In this document: positions 28,126 through 38,939 of the stretch, piece by piece | Layout of the letters: every line of letters starts with the position of its first letter | Position numbering within the stretch: the first letter of the stretch is position 1 | Assembly (NCBI RefSeq): GCF_013004595.1 | Contig: NZ_JABEMC010000014.1 | Coordinates: 1 to 38,939, forward strand | Source of the DNA: Brevibacterium luteolum | Lineage (GTDB): Bacteria; Actinomycetota; Actinomycetes; Actinomycetales; Brevibacteriaceae | Reading direction: 5' to 3' | DNA length: 38,939 nucleotides | Position numbers and translations under genes: made by a program | Notes under the pieces: generated by a model | Told to the model about the DNA's origin: nothing | Database searches by the model: none | The model's input: the letters and a program-made list of their open reading frames with translations, nothing else

Positions 28126-29688
28126 ATGAAGCTCACCACGATGCTGGAAGGCTCGGTCGAACGATTCCCCGAGGCTGAAGCCCTTGTCGCCGGAGACATT
28201 CGGCTGACTTTCGCTCAATTCCAAGAGCAGAGTCTGCGCGCGGCAGCCTACCTGCGAAAGCGCGGCGTGGGGCCGGGAAGCCGCGTCGGAATCATGGCTT
28301 ACAACGTGCCCGGTTTTGCGATCGGAGCATTTGGTGTGTGGTATCTCGGCGCCACGCTCGTGCCGCTCAATCACAAGATGCAGGCTCCCGAGGTCGAGTA
28401 CACCGTCAACCATGCGGAACTGGATCTCGGAATCGTCAGTCCTGAACTTCTCGAAACCGCTATGGCGGGCGCACCGGATACGAAATGGATCACGACCGAC
28501 CCGGCTACCGGCGAACTGGATGAAGCCATTGCCCAACATGAGCCGTTGCGACCTGACCAATTGCCTGAATTGCACGACGAGGATGTCGCCCAAATCCTCT
28601 ACACATCAGGGACGACCAGCGCTCCGCGAGGCTGCGTGCACTCCCACCGTTCAATCGCCCAGGCGGCTCTGCTCATCGCCTTGAACCTCGGGTTTGATTC
28701 TGACGATCGGTATCTCATCGCCATGCCGCTCTGGCACTCCGCTCCTCTCAATATCTGCTTCATGCCGATGATCGCCGTCGGTGGAACCACGGTGCTGCAC
28801 CGTGAGTACCACCCAGTCGAGACGATGAAGCTCATTCAGAGCGAAAGAACGACAACGTTCTTTGGACCTCCTATCGCCTACCTTGCGCCGATGATGGCAG
28901 CAAAACAGCTGGAACAGGACTTCTCAAGTGCTTATGACTTCAGCTCGATGAGACGGTGGCTCTACGGAGGCGCACCGACTGATGCGGGAACGCTTCGACG
29001 GCTTATCAGCGGGTACGAATCAGAAAATTTCTACAACGTCTTCGGCATGAGCGAAATGGGACCAACCGGGTGCTTCCTCAGACCCGAAGATCAGTTGCGA
29101 AAAGCTGGGTCTATCGGCCGGGCTGCCATGATCGGCAATCGAATGCGCGTCGTCGACGCCGATGGTCGAGATGCTGGGCCGGGGCAGACAGGCGAAGTGT
29201 GGTTCGCCGGGGATACCCGCATGAGAGAGTACCTCAACGACCCTCAAGCCACAGCAGCCGTATTCGAAGGCGACTGGTACCGAACTGGCGATGTTGCCAG
29301 GATCGATGAAGACGGATTTCTCTACATCGTCGACCGGCTGAAAGACGTCATCATCGTCGGTGGTGAAAACGTCTACTCGCTCGAAGTTGAGGAAGCGATC
29401 AGCTCTCATCCACGCGTTGCTGACGTTGCGGTCGTCGGTCGTCCCGACCCAGATTGGGGCGAGCAGATCGTGGCGTTCGTAACGACCTCCGACGGGGAGG
29501 AACTCGGCACCGAGGACTTGCGTGACCACCTTGCAGGCAGTCTTGCTCGCTACAAGATTCCACGCGAAGTTGTCATCGCCGAAGCTCTGCCCCGCAACCC
29601 ATCAGGAAAGCTCCTCAAGCATGTCCTGCGCAGCCAGGTGTCCGAAGACCCTGGGGCTAAGGACCAGGTGACGGACACAACCGATTGA
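28126..29688 (+). CDS. Acyl-CoA synthetase / long-chain fatty acid-CoA ligase
   Basis: YTSGTTSAPRG, FGMSE, YRTGD, DRLKDVI..GGENVY, LPRNPSGK. Confidence 0.93.
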   Translation: MKLTTMLEGSVERFPEAEALVAGDIRLTFAQFQEQSLRAAAYLRKRGVGPGSRVGIMAYNVPGFAIGAFGVWYLGATLVPLNHKMQAPEVEYTVNHAELDLGIVSPELLETAMAGAPDTKWITTDPATGELDEAIAQHEPLRPDQLPELHDEDVAQILYTSGTTSAPRGCVHSHRSIAQAALLIALNLGFDSDDRYLIAMPLWHSAPLNICFMPMIAVGGTTVLHREYHPVETMKLIQSERTTTFFGPPIAYLAPMMAAKQLEQDFSSAYDFSSMRRWLYGGAPTDAGTLRRLISGYESENFYNVFGMSEMGPTGCFLRPEDQLRKAGSIGRAAMIGNRMRVVDADGRDAGPGQTGEVWFAGDTRMREYLNDPQATAAVFEGDWYRTGDVARIDEDGFLYIVDRLKDVIIVGGENVYSLEVEEAISSHPRVADVAVVGRPDPDWGEQIVAFVTTSDGEELGTEDLRDHLAGSLARYKIPREVVIAEALPRNPSGKLLKHVLRSQVSEDPGAKDQVTDTTD

Positions 29689-29702
29689 TTGCCTGATGAC
29701 AG

Positions 29703-29739
29703 CACTGCGCCCCTGGGAGGTTCTCCCAGGGGCGCAGTG
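29703..29739. terminator. 17-bp hairpin between convergent CoA-ligase and groEL genes
   Basis: CACTGCGCCCCTGGGAG-GTT-CTCCCAGGGGCGCAGTG. Confidence 0.85.
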
Positions 29740-29770
29740 TCAGTGCTGAGGCAGGCTCAGAGGCAGAGGG

Positions 29771-31366
<1,596 letters not shown>

Positions 31367-31412
31367 TCACTTCCTTCTGTGAAGTACGAACAGTCTGCTC
31401 AGGCGCAGATGC

Positions 31413-31706
31413 TCAGCCGATGACGGCGAGCACGTCACGCGCCGAGAGCACGAGGTATTCCTCACCTGCGTACTTGACCTCGGTGCCGCCGTACTTGGAG
31501 TAGATGACCTTGTCACCCACGGCGACGTCGAGCGGCACGCGGGTGCCGTTGTCGGCGACGCGACCCGGGCCCACGGCGACGACTTCGCCTTCCTGCGGCT
31601 TCTCCTTGGCGGTGTCAGGGATGACGAGGCCGGATGCAGTGGTCTGCTCGGCTTCAACCTGACGGATGACGATCCGATCTTCGAGCGGCTTGATGGAGAC
31701 CGACAT
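31413..31706 (-). CDS. groES: Co-chaperonin GroES
   Basis: [35 protein letters not shown]. Confidence 0.98.
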   Translation of the reverse strand: MSVSIKPLEDRIVIRQVEAEQTTASGLVIPDTAKEKPQEGEVVAVGPGRVADNGTRVPLDVAVGDKVIYSKYGGTEVKYAGEEYLVLSARDVLAVIG

Positions 31707-31823
31707 GTGCGGACACTCTCCTTTGTCTGTAGTCCTCAACAGCGTCCTGCGGCGGGCACTGGGTGGTGCTGTGGCCTGCTCGTCGTCGCGGGTGCCGAGC
31801 GTGCCGATCCGCTTCAGGGGCTG

Positions 31824-31896
31824 TTAGCACTCATTGGCTTAGTGTGCTAATTCGACTCTAGAGCGCTGCTTGGCACTCGGTCAACTCGAGTGCCAA
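31824..31896. promoter_or_regulatory. Two CIRCE (HrcA) operators overlapping the groES promoter
   Basis: TTAGCACTC-N9-GTGTGCTAA (31824-31850) and TTGGCACTC-N9-GAGTGCCAA (31870-31896). Minus-strand TTGACC-N18-TAGAGT promoter. Confidence 0.95.
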
Positions 31897-31928
31897 TTCC
31901 GTCGTGGAACCGCAGCCAGCACGCAGGC

Positions 31929-32797
31929 TCAGTCGCGGGCTGCCTCTTCTTCGAGGTCTTCGAAGCTCAGCTCACCGCGGCGCACTGCCCGCAGGATACG
32001 CCACGTGCGCGCCATCCGCGGCAGCGTGATGATGAGCAGCCCGCCGAGCATGTTGAACGGGATGACGATCGCCATCCACACAAGGAAGTCCGTGACCGAG
32101 ATGTCAGCTCCGGCGACCATCGCGCCGAAGATGATCATCGCGTTGAGTGCACCGTGCAGCAGACCCAGCCCGATGACGATGAGCCCGGAGATCATCGAGA
32201 TGACAGCGAAGACGACGTGGTTGGCGGTGCCCTGCTGCATGCGGGTGGTGAGCGTGATGGAGGCACCGGCGAGCAGCGACAGGCAGATCATCACGAGCAG
32301 CGAGGGATTGTCGACGTAGCTGGCCGCCTTGTCGACGAGGGTGCCGTGGTAGTCCGGCAGGGCGAGCACCGTCAGCCACATGAAGGCGAAGCCGCCGGCG
32401 AGGTTGGTCACGAGTTTGACGCTCCACAGCCGCAGCAGCTGGAGCCAGGTGCCCTGTCCGGCTGCGATCGCGTGGATGGGCAGCAGGAACTCCTCGGTGA
32501 ACAGCTCCGAGTGGGCCATCTTGAGGGCGAACATGCCGATGCCGAAGGCCATGCCGGCGAGGATGTCGCTGCCGGTGGCCTGCAGCACGAGGATCATCGC
32601 GAGGATGCCGAAGGAGACGTCGATGCCGCCGAACAAGCCGGTGATGATGAGCTCGACCCACGTGCGGTTGAGCCGCTTGGCGCCGGTGGAGACCGTGGCG
32701 GCGGCTTCGTGAGCAGCTCCGGTTCGATGTCGAAGTCGGAGTTGCCCAGCCGGCGGCGCTGCTCGGCTTCATCGATGTCGGTCTGCGACTTCTTCAC
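31929..32797 (-). pseudogene. Formate/nitrite transporter (FNT)-family protein with a frameshift near 32712
   Basis: GTG 32797 frame ...DIEPELL switches to HEAAATVSTGAKRLNRTW...GGIDVSFG...SELFTE...NLAGG...NMLGG; one base appears to be missing. Confidence 0.8.
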
Positions 32798-32898
32798 GGA
32801 TGCCCCCTTCCAGGCGTCTGGCCACCTGACCAGGGTACGGGATGACACACCTCGGGCCCGGTACGATGACCGGGCCCGAGGTGATGGCTGGCTTCAGA

Positions 32899-34119
32899 TC
32901 AGGCGCAGGCCCACTGTCCCCATCCTGCCTTCTTCTGCAGGATCTTGGCGCGCTTGAACTGCTCCTGGGGGCTGGCATCGATCGGATTGCCGGAGCCGCC
33001 GACGGAGCGCCACGTGGCGAGCTTGAACTGGAAGAGCCCGAAGTGGGCGCGGTTGGACTGATTGATCGCCCGCGGGTTGAAGTTCGACTCGCACTTGGCG
33101 ACCGAGTACCACTTGGAGCCGGGTCCGCCGAGCATCTCCTTGATCTGGGCGGTGGTCATGCTGCCGGAGTAGTTGTCCTCGGAGTTGTCGGAGTCGTTGC
33201 CTTCGGAGTTGTCCGAGCCGCCGGAGCCGCGCTCGTCCTTGCTCCGCGAGCCCTTGTCGGATTCGCGCTTCTTCTCCGGAGCCTTGGTGCCCTCGACGAC
33301 GACCTCTTCGACCGGCTTCTCGATGTCTTTGGAGGAGACCTCTTCGCGGCTGACCTCATCGCCGTTGACCGTGCGGACCTTGAAGACAACCTCGCGCTTG
33401 CCGTCCTTGCCCTTCTTCTCGACCTTCTTCTCACCGCGCGGCAGCGAGGAGTCCTTCTTGACGGTGACCTTCTTCTTGATCGTCTCGGTCTCGGTCTTCT
33501 CTTCGTTGACCACGCGCATGACATTGACGACCTGACCGTCGTAGACGTTGGAGGTCAGCGGGGCAGACGTGATGTCGTCGGTGCCGAGCTCGATGCCGGC
33601 TTCGCTGATGACATCCTGGACGGTCTTCGAGGCGGCCTCGACAGGCTGAGTCTTGCCGTCGGCCATGACGTTGACGGTCTTCGCGGTGGTGACGTCGATG
33701 GTCTCGCCGTCGCTGATCTTGTCATCCAGCGAGGCGGAAACCTCAGCACCCTCGTGTTCGATGCCGAGGTCGGCCAGGGCCTGTCCGACGGTCGAGGCGT
33801 TGGTCCATTCGTCCATCGGCTTGCCGTCGACGGTGAGGTCGAGGTCCTTGGCCTTGTTCACGACGATGTTCATGTCGCGTTCGACCTGGGTGCTGCGGCT
33901 GGGCTGGACCTGGTCGCGCTCGTCGAGCGTGATGTCCTGTGCGGCGAGCACGTCGTCGACGGTCGAGCCGAAGCTGCGGACCTGCTCGGCTTCGCCGTCG
34001 ACCGTGACGTTGACGGGCTTGTTCAGTGCCACGAAGGCACCGGTGCCGCCGACGAGCGCGGAGATGACGACCGACTGCGCGACGATCTGCACCTTGCGAT
34101 TGCGAATAGAAGGAATCAC
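32899..34119 (-). CDS. rpfB: Resuscitation-promoting factor, RpfB type (DUF348 repeats, G5, lysozyme-like domain)
   Basis: V.VDG...V...TV..VL repeats, G5 (KGKDGKR...VVVEGTK), W..VAKCES...GLFQF..ATW..VGG...EQ...WGQW.C. Start taken as GTG 34119. Confidence 0.9.
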   Translation of the reverse strand: MIPSIRNRKVQIVAQSVVISALVGGTGAFVALNKPVNVTVDGEAEQVRSFGSTVDDVLAAQDITLDERDQVQPSRSTQVERDMNIVVNKAKDLDLTVDGKPMDEWTNASTVGQALADLGIEHEGAEVSASLDDKISDGETIDVTTAKTVNVMADGKTQPVEAASKTVQDVISEAGIELGTDDITSAPLTSNVYDGQVVNVMRVVNEEKTETETIKKKVTVKKDSSLPRGEKKVEKKGKDGKREVVFKVRTVNGDEVSREEVSSKDIEKPVEEVVVEGTKAPEKKRESDKGSRSKDERGSGGSDNSEGNDSDNSEDNYSGSMTTAQIKEMLGGPGSKWYSVAKCESNFNPRAINQSNRAHFGLFQFKLATWRSVGGSGNPIDASPQEQFKRAKILQKKAGWGQWACA

Positions 34120-34434
34120 GAAAACTACCCCAATAGACTCTCTGCAGTGAAGACCCGCGGTGGCGGGCCCCAAGTGAGTGGCTGTCCGGCCTGCTGTGTG
34201 CGGGCCCGTCTGCGCCGCTGGATCGACGGCAGGCGTGAAGACAACGAGACCCAGCGTAACCGATTCGTTACCAACATTGCAAAGCTGTGACATAGACCGC
34301 GCTGAAGCCTGACGTCGTCGCTGGTCAGCGGCCCGAATCTGCGGCTGGCGGCGGGTCACAGGCGGTGTTACACATGACGTTCGGCAAGCGGGCGGGAGTC
34401 CTGCAGCAGCCGGTTTCGCCGTAATGTGCTCCGT

Positions 34435-35109
34435 ATGTCCGAGCCCACTCGCGCATTCCCCTCCGGTGCGGCCCCCTCCAGCTGGCTGGGCGATCCCGTC
34501 AGCCGTCATCCGCAGATCCGCATGCTGCGCAATCGGCTCAACCGGCAGCTTGTCAGCACGCTCATCTTCTCGGCAGCCGGGTTCCTCATCTTCGCCAGCG
34601 GCTGGTTCTACGCAATGCTCAGCTGGCTGCCGGATCTGGCCCCGACGGCCGAGGATGCCGCCGGCGTCCGGGAGCTCGCCGGCCTGGCTGTCGTGCCGCT
34701 GCTCGTCTGGCTCGCTGTCCACGGGCTGCTCATCCTGCTCGGTGCCGTGGGCTTTCGCGCCCGGGCGGCCCTGCAGTCGCTGCGCGGCGGGCTGGCTTAC
34801 CGGGCGATGCCGGCCAGTGTGTTCCCGCGGGTGCTCATCATCCTGTATCTCATCGCCCTCGGGGTGACAGCACTGCTGGGCCTGGTGGCCGGGCTGCTGC
34901 CGATGCTGGCCGATTCCATGGTCATCACCAATACGTCCGACGAAGTCGCCGCCGAGGTGCGCCGGCAAGCGTGGACGATCGCCGGTGCCTTCATCGCGTG
35001 GCTGTGCACGTCTCTCGTGCTGCTGTTCGTCTCGCAGGTCATCAACTTCCGTGGCCTGCTCACCGCAGCCCAGATCGAGAAAGCCGTGGGCCACGCGACC
35101 CGCGGCTAG
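34435..35109 (+). CDS. Uncharacterised 4-TM membrane protein
   Basis: Four hydrophobic segments with GC-rich third positions. TAATGT lies 7 nt before the ATG. Confidence 0.75.
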   Translation: MSEPTRAFPSGAAPSSWLGDPVSRHPQIRMLRNRLNRQLVSTLIFSAAGFLIFASGWFYAMLSWLPDLAPTAEDAAGVRELAGLAVVPLLVWLAVHGLLILLGAVGFRARAALQSLRGGLAYRAMPASVFPRVLIILYLIALGVTALLGLVAGLLPMLADSMVITNTSDEVAAEVRRQAWTIAGAFIAWLCTSLVLLFVSQVINFRGLLTAAQIEKAVGHATRG

Positions 35110-35136
35110 CCCAGGCTGCTCAGCCGACCGGGACGT

Positions 35137-36060
35137 TCAGCTCAGCGCCCAGGAACCGAAGATCCGCTCGGCGTTCTCGCCGACGGTCCCGGCGATGTGG
35201 TCCTCGTCGACGCCGCGCACTTCGGCGAGCATGCGGACGGTCAGGGCCGTCATGTACGGCCCGCCGGGCTTGCCGCGGTGCGGGTGCGGGGTGAGGAACG
35301 GCGCGTCGGTCTCGGTCAGCAGCAACCCATCGGGCACCACCGATGCCGCGTGCCGCAGGTCATCGGAGCGCTTAAAGGTGACGTTGCCAGCAAAGGACAT
35401 GTAGTAGCCGCGCTCAGCACAGTAGCGGGCCATCTCGGCATCACCGGAGAAGCAGTGGAACACCGTCTTCTCCGGGGCCCCTTCTTCTTCGAGGATGCGC
35501 AGAACATCAGCGTGCGCTTCGCGGTCGTGGATCTGAAGCACCTTGTCGAGCCGCTTGGCGATCTCGATGTGGGCGCGGAAGGACTCCTGCTGGTCGGCCG
35601 CACCGTCGTCGGCGGTGCGGTAGTAGTCGAGCCCGGTCTCGCCGACCACCCGGATCCGCCCGGCACTGGCGAGCTGCTCGATCTCGGTCAGCGACTCCTC
35701 CAGCAGGCCTGCGGCTGCCAGCCGGGGCGCCTCGTTCGGGTGGATCGCCACCCCGCCGAGCATCCAGTCGCGACCGGCGGCGGCCTCGGCGGCGACAACC
35801 TCGGCAGTCCACCGGGCCGAGGCCATCTCGCAGCCGATCTGCACGATGCGCGTGATGTTGGCGGCCATCGCGGTGTCGTGGAAGAACGACAGCGGCGGGA
35901 AGGTCTCGTCTGCTTCGGGTTCGACCTCGGGGGCGGGTTCGCCGTCCTTGATCGGCCCGCGTGCGCCCACGCCGATGTCGAGGTGGCAGTGGGTGTCGAC
36001 GCCGGGGGTGCTCAGCGGTGGGGGAACCTCGGGATACGTGCCTGCAGCCCGTGATGCCAT
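35137..36060 (-). CDS. tatD: TatD-family nuclease
   Basis: DTHCHLD, AIHPN, VGETGLDYY, IHDREAH, FHCFSG, ETDAPFL. Confidence 0.95.
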   Translation of the reverse strand: MASRAAGTYPEVPPPLSTPGVDTHCHLDIGVGARGPIKDGEPAPEVEPEADETFPPLSFFHDTAMAANITRIVQIGCEMASARWTAEVVAAEAAAGRDWMLGGVAIHPNEAPRLAAAGLLEESLTEIEQLASAGRIRVVGETGLDYYRTADDGAADQQESFRAHIEIAKRLDKVLQIHDREAHADVLRILEEEGAPEKTVFHCFSGDAEMARYCAERGYYMSFAGNVTFKRSDDLRHAASVVPDGLLLTETDAPFLTPHPHRGKPGGPYMTALTVRMLAEVRGVDEDHIAGTVGENAERIFGSWALS

Positions 36061-36066
36061 TGAGCC

Positions 36067-37731
36067 TTACTCCTCCACCTGGAACTTGGGGAACACCGGG
36101 GCCGGCTTGGGCAGCGGCGTGCCGGCGGCCAGCGGGGTGTCGATTGCGGTGAACAGGCGGGCCGGTTCGGGCCGGCCTGTCTCCGGGTCGCCTGCGCCCT
36201 CTGCGGCTCCGCCGACGTGCACCGGGGTGATCGCCGGGGCGCCCTTATTGGCGGCATGGACGTTGCGGGCACCGGCTGCTGCGGCTGGGTCGCCTGCCGG
36301 CACACCGAGCTGGTCGAGGATCTTGCCAGTCGATTCGGGCATCACCGGCTGGATGAGCAGCGTGATGATGCGCACGACCTCCAGGGTCACCCACAGCACG
36401 GTCTCCATCCTGGCGGTGTCGGTCTTCTTCAGCTTCCAGGGCTCCTGGGCGGAGAAGTACTTGTTCGCCTCGGACAGCACCTTCCAGCAGGCGCCGACGT
36501 AGAGGTGCAGGTTCTGCACATCGACATGCCGGCGCGCCTCGGGCAGCACGCCGCGGGCCAGTGCCAGCAGCTCCTCGTCCTCGGCGGTGAGTGAGCCTGG
36601 GGTGGGCACCTGGCCGCCGCAGTTCTTGGCGACCATCGACAGGGAGCGCTGGGCGAGGTTGCCGTACTCGTTGGCCAGATCGGTGTTCTTGCGGGTGATG
36701 ATCGACTCCTGTGAGTAGGAGCCGTCCTGGCCGTAGGAGATCTCGCGCAGCAGGAAGAAGCGCAGGGTGTCGAGTCCGAAGGCGTCGATGAGGTCGTAGG
36801 GGTCGACGACGTTGCCGACGGATTTCGACATCTTCTCGCCTGCGTTGAAGAGGAAGCCGTGGGCGTGGATGCGCTCGGGCAGGGTGATGCCGGCGCTCAT
36901 GAGGAAGGCTGGCCAGTACACGGCGTGGAAGCGGGCGATGTCCTTGCCGATGATCTGCGCGTCCGGCGGCCACACCTGCCCGAACCGGTCGCCGGAGCTG
37001 GCTTCGCCGGGGAAGCCGGCACCGGTGAGGTAGTTCGTCAGCGCGTCGACCCACACGTACATCACGTGCTTCTCATCGCCGGGCACCGGCACACCCCAGT
37101 CGAAGGTGGTCCGGGAGATCGACAGGTCGTTCAGGCCTGAGCGGACGAAGGAGGCGATCTCGTTGCGGCGGCCCTCAGGGCCGAAGAACTCCGGGCGCTC
37201 TTCGTAGAGCTTCAGCAGCGGTTCGGCGTAGCGGGAGAGCCGGAAGAAGTAGGACTCCTCCTCCGTCCACGTCACCTCGGCACCGGAGGACACCGCCACG
37301 CGCACGCCGTCGCGCACCTCGGTCTCGTCTTCGGCGAAGTACGCTTCATCGCGCACGGAGTACCAGCCCGAGTAGGAGTCGAGGTAGATGTCGCCGGCGG
37401 CCTCCATGCGCCGCCACAGCTCCTGGCTGGCCGCGTAGTGGTCGGTGTCGGTGGTGCGGATGAACCGGTCGTACGTCGAGCCGAGCACATCCTGCAGGTG
37501 CCGGAATTCGGCGGCGTTGCGGTCGGCGAGCTCGCGGCTGGTGATGCCCTCACGCTGGGCGGTCTGCTGCATCTTCAGCCCGTGCTCATCGGTGCCGGTG
37601 AGGAAGAACACCTGCTCGCCGTCGAGTCGCTTGAACCGGGCGATGATGTCGGCGGCGACGTACTCGTAGGCGTGGCCGATGTGCGGGGTGCCGTTGGGGT
37701 AGGCGATCGCTGTGGTGAGGTAGAACGTCAT
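36067..37731 (-). CDS. metG: Methionine--tRNA ligase
   Basis: [29 protein letters not shown]. Confidence 0.98.
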   Translation of the reverse strand: MTFYLTTAIAYPNGTPHIGHAYEYVAADIIARFKRLDGEQVFFLTGTDEHGLKMQQTAQREGITSRELADRNAAEFRHLQDVLGSTYDRFIRTTDTDHYAASQELWRRMEAAGDIYLDSYSGWYSVRDEAYFAEDETEVRDGVRVAVSSGAEVTWTEEESYFFRLSRYAEPLLKLYEERPEFFGPEGRRNEIASFVRSGLNDLSISRTTFDWGVPVPGDEKHVMYVWVDALTNYLTGAGFPGEASSGDRFGQVWPPDAQIIGKDIARFHAVYWPAFLMSAGITLPERIHAHGFLFNAGEKMSKSVGNVVDPYDLIDAFGLDTLRFFLLREISYGQDGSYSQESIITRKNTDLANEYGNLAQRSLSMVAKNCGGQVPTPGSLTAEDEELLALARGVLPEARRHVDVQNLHLYVGACWKVLSEANKYFSAQEPWKLKKTDTARMETVLWVTLEVVRIITLLIQPVMPESTGKILDQLGVPAGDPAAAAGARNVHAANKGAPAITPVHVGGAAEGAGDPETGRPEPARLFTAIDTPLAAGTPLPKPAPVFPKFQVEE

Positions 37732-37742
37732 AGACGCTCAGT

Positions 37743-38633
37743 CTAACGCTCCGCCTGCAGGTACGTTTCATACGCCTGCCGCTTGGACACCCCGTGCCGG
37801 GTGGCGACTTCTCCGGCAGCGTCCTTGACCCGCATGCCGGCGTCGACGAGCCTGCGCATCTCCTCGATGTAGTCACCGGCGTCGGCGGCTTCGGGTGAGG
37901 CCCCGGAGATGACGAGGGTGATCTCCCCGCGCACCCCGTCGCCGACTCGCGCGCGCACCTCGGCGATGGTGCCGCGGATGACCTCTTCGTAGGTCTTCGT
38001 CAGCTCCCGGCACACTGCGATCTGCCGGTCGGGTCCGCATGCGGCCTCCAGGTCGGCGAGCGCGTCGACGAGCCGGTGGGGGCTTTCGAAGCACACGAGC
38101 GTGCGCTCATCGGCGGCCAGTGCGCCCAGCTTCCTGCGCCGCTCCCCTGCCTTGCGCGGCAGGAATCCCTCGAAGGCGAACCGGTCGCTCGGCAGCCCGG
38201 ACAGGGCGAGTGCGGTGATGACCGCTGACGGGCCCGAGGCGGTGGTGACGGTGACGCCGCGGGCGTAGGCGGCAGCGACGACCCGGTAGCCGGGGTCGGA
38301 GACGGCCGGCATCCCGGCATCGGTGAGGAGCACGACGTGCCTGCCGGCTGCGACCTCGTCGATGAGGGATTCGGCTTTGGCCTGCTCATTGTGATCGAAC
38401 AGGCTGGTGATCTCCCGGGTGTGGCGGAGTCCGAGTCGTTCGGCCAAGCCGAGGAACCGGCGGGTGTCCTCAGCGGCGATGACATCGGCGGACTCGATCG
38501 CGGCCCGCATGTGGGCTGAGGCGTCGTCGAGGTTGCCGATCGGAGTGCCGACAAGGGTCAGCCGGCCCGCCGCCGAGGTCTCGGGTGCGGGCCGGCTGCC
38601 GGTGTCAGCTGCGCGGTGGCTGGGTTCGCTCAC
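37743..38633 (-). CDS. rsmI: 16S rRNA C1402 2'-O-methyltransferase
   Basis: GTPIGNL.D, AAEDTR, DAGMPAVSDPG, FEGFLPRK, FESPHR, CRELTK. Confidence 0.96.
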   Translation of the reverse strand: MSEPSHRAADTGSRPAPETSAAGRLTLVGTPIGNLDDASAHMRAAIESADVIAAEDTRRFLGLAERLGLRHTREITSLFDHNEQAKAESLIDEVAAGRHVVLLTDAGMPAVSDPGYRVVAAAYARGVTVTTASGPSAVITALALSGLPSDRFAFEGFLPRKAGERRRKLGALAADERTLVCFESPHRLVDALADLEAACGPDRQIAVCRELTKTYEEVIRGTIAEVRARVGDGVRGEITLVISGASPEAADAGDYIEEMRRLVDAGMRVKDAAGEVATRHGVSKRQAYETYLQAER

Positions 38634-38636
38634 CGG

Positions 38637-38812
38637 TCAGGAGCTGCTCATCACGCCGGCGCCGATGATGAGGAAGATGAAGACGAAGTAGGCCACCCAG
38701 AACAGCACGACGAGCCCGACGATGACGTAGCCGACGATGAGACCCCAGGTGGCCAGGTTGTCGCCGGTCTCACCGGTGCGCTTGATCTGGCTCTTGGCGA
38801 TGTGGCCGAGGA
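38637..38812 (-). pseudogene. 3' part of a DUF4190-type membrane protein gene, cut by the IS
   Basis: ILGHIAKSQIKRTGETGDNLATWGLIVGY. The preceding TM helix is replaced by IS-end sequence. Confidence 0.75.
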
Positions 38813-38939
38813 TGGATCGCCCTGAGTTCGGTGGAGAGCTCATAGCGGTACGTCAGCCACCTCTGGCCGACTGGTTTCAGTGTAGTAGTGTTCCTCGAAC
38901 TGCGCTGGAGCGAGGTCTCCGCAGTACGAATGCGGGCGA
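38813..38939 (-). mobile_element. Right end of an IS3-family element (OrfB C-terminus, stop 38842-38840, terminal IR)
   Basis: Minus frame RPHSYCGDLAPAQFEEHYYTETSRPEVADVPL* resembles IS3/IS6110 OrfB ends, followed by CTCTCCACCGAACTCAGGGCGATCCA ending in CA. Not in the ORF track. Confidence 0.8.

Noticed and set aside
33180..33260. SEGNDSDNSEDN-type repeats in rpfB
   Set aside because: Ordinary low-complexity linker between the G5 and catalytic domains.
34120..34420. c-di-AMP (ydaO) riboswitch upstream of the rpf gene
   Set aside because: The characteristic GCCGAATCC...GGGGTGAA...CCCGAACCCGTCAGCTAACC blocks are not present.
34120..35094. N-terminal ~325 aa of the 731-aa ORF 32899..35094
   Set aside because: It is the antisense shadow of the 34435..35109 membrane gene plus intergenic DNA; Rpf-like sequence starts near 34119.

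Overview
High-GC actinobacterial chromosome segment (Micrococcales; a Brevibacterium-like origin is my inference). It ends inside an IS3-family element at both ends, so it probably represents a whole contig. Core genes: TPP-riboswitch thiM-thiE-thiD-tenA operon, Mn-type ABC transporter with MntR, guaB, groES-groEL with two CIRCE operators, an RpfB-type resuscitation factor, tatD, metG and rsmI. Accessory parts: (1) a lower-GC left block (1-~2907) with an IS-broken lasso-cyclase/AsnB-like fragment and a translationally coupled AvrD/MmyD-like gene + ArpA/ScbR-like TetR + SDR, a candidate butenolide signalling cassette; (2) a decayed ABC-F gene with an intact-looking leader-peptide attenuator (MLIYQRSSRPGLR), divergent from an AadA/ANT(9)-like nucleotidyltransferase; (3) four tandem, diverged paralogous ~160-aa membrane proteins sharing a (W/Y)DG...G.P.G...EP..G loop, which I cannot assign to any family; (4) a RES-domain toxin-antitoxin pair; (5) hsmA with a near-ideal CRP/GlxR site; (6) a lower-GC AidB-like/TetR/acyl-CoA ligase block. 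At least seven genes look broken. I saw no tRNA, rRNA or CRISPR array. All family calls come from motif recognition by eye, not database searches.
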